Source: Balanoglossus misakiensis
Lineage: Eukaryota; Animalia; Hemichordata
DNA: 64,000 nucleotides
Direction of reading: 5' to 3'
NCBI GenBank assembly: GCA_040954595.2
Contig: CM082590.2
Coordinates: 3,534,001 to 3,598,000, forward strand
Part shown: positions 61,839 to 64,000 of the stretch, in pieces
Layout of the letters: each line of letters begins with the position of its first letter
Numbering within the stretch: position 1 is the stretch's first letter
Notes under the pieces: generated by a model
Databases searched by the model: none
What the model saw: only the letters and a program-made list of their open reading frames with translations
What the model was told of the DNA's origin: nothing
Position numbers and translations under genes: made by a program

Positions 61839-64000
61839 CTAGAATCCGATATAATCGCAATAATCAGACTCCATTAATAGAGACTCGAACACGTCCATTT
61901 CCTCCTGGCTGATACCCGAGTATCCATACGGGAGCGTGGTATAATCCTCGCACAACACTCGTTTGTCGTAGACAAGACGGAATACTTTCTCCTCCCTCTG
62001 GCTGGTGATCTCCTTCCGCTTCTTATCCCTCCTGATCTTGTGTGGTTCGGTGGTGATAAGTCGACTTGCGCCGGTTCCTGTGACGAGAGCCTTCATGGAT
62101 TCAAAGTTTACTATACTTTTGTTCCTGAAGCTCAACTTCACGCCCTTAACTTTGCACTCTGTATCCACCACCCCATCACTATTCGGTGCTAACTGATATG
62201 CATAGCTCTTGGGTCCGGCGCTGACAAACGTGGTAATATAATTCCCAGATAGTTCGTCGGTGAAATCGCCTAAATAAGAACCGAGCTCAGGATCGTACTG
62301 ACCAGGTCTACTGACATATATACATGAGTCTGTGTCAAAGTAGAGGATCTGGTCATCCCTGAACTTCTCCAGAGTCTCGTATAACTTGAGACGGGCTTGA
62401 GAGGTGGTGTAACAGGCGATCACAACACTTGATCGCGGGTTCGAGCGTGCAAACTCAGACGCATCTGTGTATGTTATGTTCAAAAGTTCATCGCTGACTA
62501 CGTAGAGGTCGTTGACTTCCTTTGTTTCGTCGTTTAAGATGTCGTAGTAGCTCTGCAGGTCAGATACGTAGATCGATTGTGGTAGATTATCCCTCTGTCC
62601 GAATTTCCCCCAGAAAGAGTTCAGCAGCAACTTAGCGAGAGAACGCATCGCGGGGTTTGCCGAGATATTCGCTCTATCGAGCAAGATACCCTCACGCTCG
62701 TAGTAGTCGGAGATGTATTTCGTCTTCTCCTCTTCCGTCTTACACCAGTCTGGATAACCACTCGCCTCCTGTTTCATCTTCAGAAAGGTGTTAATATATT
62801 CAGTGAAGAGACCCCCATCGACATTCTCCTTACTGTACTCTGTCGTATTTGCATAATGCCACACTTCATGGAGTGAAATAATGCGGTATCCAAGCGAAAC
62901 AGCCTTCTTTAACTCCAGAGAAGTCCAGACTCCGGTAAGCGCACGCTCTTCATCTGAGTGTAAGCAAACGTGTGTCGAAGCACACTTCTCAGCACAAACC
63001 CGACATAGAGTGAAAACCAATTTATCGTTACACTTTAACGGCAGTAGTGGTAGAAACAATTCACGTGGTGGTAACACTTTACATTTGATTAAACCCTCGA
63101 AAGCTGTTATATCGTTATCGGGCGGGAAACCTTCTGTAATTACTTCGGGGTGACCGACAACGTATTTACCCCATTTGCAAGACCAAGGGTATAAGCTACA
63201 GATATCAACACATTTTATCTCCTCCCCTGGCTTAACTGTATGATACAATTTAACAGCATTCGTGCGCCCGCCGTAGAATCCGTCGCGAGGTTTTAAGCGA
63301 TCGTAGATCGGTAGAGAGCTGATGTATTCTTTCATCTCCCTATCCTCTTTCATTTGTCTCTCGTACTCACACTCCCAAATCTCAACCATGTCGTAACCTG
63401 CCGCGAGAATGAACTGTCTTCGACTCTGTGTCTTATCATACAACTCTTCCATCGTGAGACCGCTAACAGGATTCATAGTTTTTCCCGAATAGCACTTTGG
63501 GCAACCGTGATAGAAACAACCGTAAAACTCTAACACCCGCTTCTGACTCTCAATGTACCCATCAACCCGCAGACTACCGATTTGAAACTCCCCACTGTTT
63601 CTTGCATGCTTTATTTGTTGACCGAGCTTGTGTGATTGATATTTCAACCATCGTTCGCACTTTACCGAAGATTTAACCGGATTAACATACCCCTGACTAG
63701 GAATGAGACCGATGGTATCCTCTTTCATGAAATTTCTCTGAAAGAGTTTCATACACGCAGACGATATAGTTATGGCGTTTCTAAACGGACACATGCCAAT
63801 GTCATCAGTACATGACTCATCGACGCGCTGGGTTTTTGAGGCGTTCATGAATAATTTACGGAACTCTAGACAGGCCAAACGCAAAACATCCACGTCGCTT
63901 TTGCAATAGGCTATCAGTTCTGCCTGAAAGTCGAACTGTTTACCTGCATCAACCATACCGTTGTACCATCGGATAAATTTCTCCCTATCCCCGGGTTTTT
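61839..64000 (-). CDS. polB: Protein-primed family-B DNA polymerase (5' end beyond the window)
   Basis: YCKSDV (ExoIII), YGGRT, DICSLYP, KLLLNSFWGKF, YFDTDS, KSY, KVKG; frame open to the window edge. Confidence 0.97.
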   Translation of the reverse strand, partial: KPGDREKFIRWYNGMVDAGKQFDFQAELIAYCKSDVDVLRLACLEFRKLFMNASKTQRVDESCTDDIGMCPFRNAITISSACMKLFQRNFMKEDTIGLIPSQGYVNPVKSSVKCERWLKYQSHKLGQQIKHARNSGEFQIGSLRVDGYIESQKRVLEFYGCFYHGCPKCYSGKTMNPVSGLTMEELYDKTQSRRQFILAAGYDMVEIWECEYERQMKEDREMKEYISSLPIYDRLKPRDGFYGGRTNAVKLYHTVKPGEEIKCVDICSLYPWSCKWGKYVVGHPEVITEGFPPDNDITAFEGLIKCKVLPPRELFLPLLPLKCNDKLVFTLCRVCAEKCASTHVCLHSDEERALTGVWTSLELKKAVSLGYRIISLHEVWHYANTTEYSKENVDGGLFTEYINTFLKMKQEASGYPDWCKTEEEKTKYISDYYEREGILLDRANISANPAMRSLAKLLLNSFWGKFGQRDNLPQSIYVSDLQSYYDILNDETKEVNDLYVVSDELLNITYTDASEFARSNPRSSVVIACYTTSQARLKLYETLEKFRDDQILYFDTDSCIYVSRPGQYDPELGSYLGDFTDELSGNYITTFVSAGPKSYAYQLAPNSDGVVDTECKVKGVKLSFRNKSIVNFESMKALVTGTGASRLITTEPHKIRRDKKRKEITSQREEKVFRLVYDKRVLCEDYTTLPYGYSGISQEEMDVFESLLMESDYCDYIGF

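Larger units (their letters stand above)
53644..64000. mobile_element. Maverick/Polinton (adintovirus-type) endogenous DNA virus, left part
   Basis: AGTAGT terminus; intronless compact cluster INT-mCP-core-MCP-PRO converging on ORF-ORF-ATPase-pPolB. Confidence 0.97.

Noticed and set aside
55889-63153. Short antisense ORFs overlapping the Maverick genes
   Set aside because: Shadow frames of real coding sequence, with no independent motifs
53644-64000. Bacterial or phage contamination as the source of the gene-dense block
   Set aside because: Gene set and AGTAGT end are Polinton-type, and the junction interrupts a host MITE, indicating true integration

Overview
AT-rich, intron-containing eukaryotic DNA, most like a marine invertebrate (hemichordate/echinoderm-like; this is an inference). 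Four zones. (1) 0.7-20.8 kb: a minus-strand ankyrin-repeat gene that the ORF track misses, built from 99-nt phase-0 one-repeat exons. Three exons are recent copies of a 2-3.5 kb intron-exon cassette whose substitutions cluster at ankyrin binding-surface codons. Intron 1 holds a nested CMC/EnSpm + Helentron-like element and an L2/CR1-group LINE. (2) 22-43 kb: a gene-poor, hierarchically duplicated block with copy-specific minisatellite expansions and a truncated Gypsy-type LTR element (tRNA-Ser PBS, RRM-like gag). (3) 44-53 kb: TE remnants, an RTE-X-like LINE, and two homologous ~135-codon phase-1 Ig/CARDB-like exons, both broken at essentially the same codon. (4) 53.6 kb to the window end: the left part of a nearly intact Maverick/Polinton (adintovirus-type) endogenous virus with AGTAGT terminus, PC4-like gene, chromo-integrase, frameshifted penton, core-like protein, hexon-type MCP, adenain protease, two conserved ORFs, packaging ATPase and pPolB. 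All alignments and counts were done by eye.
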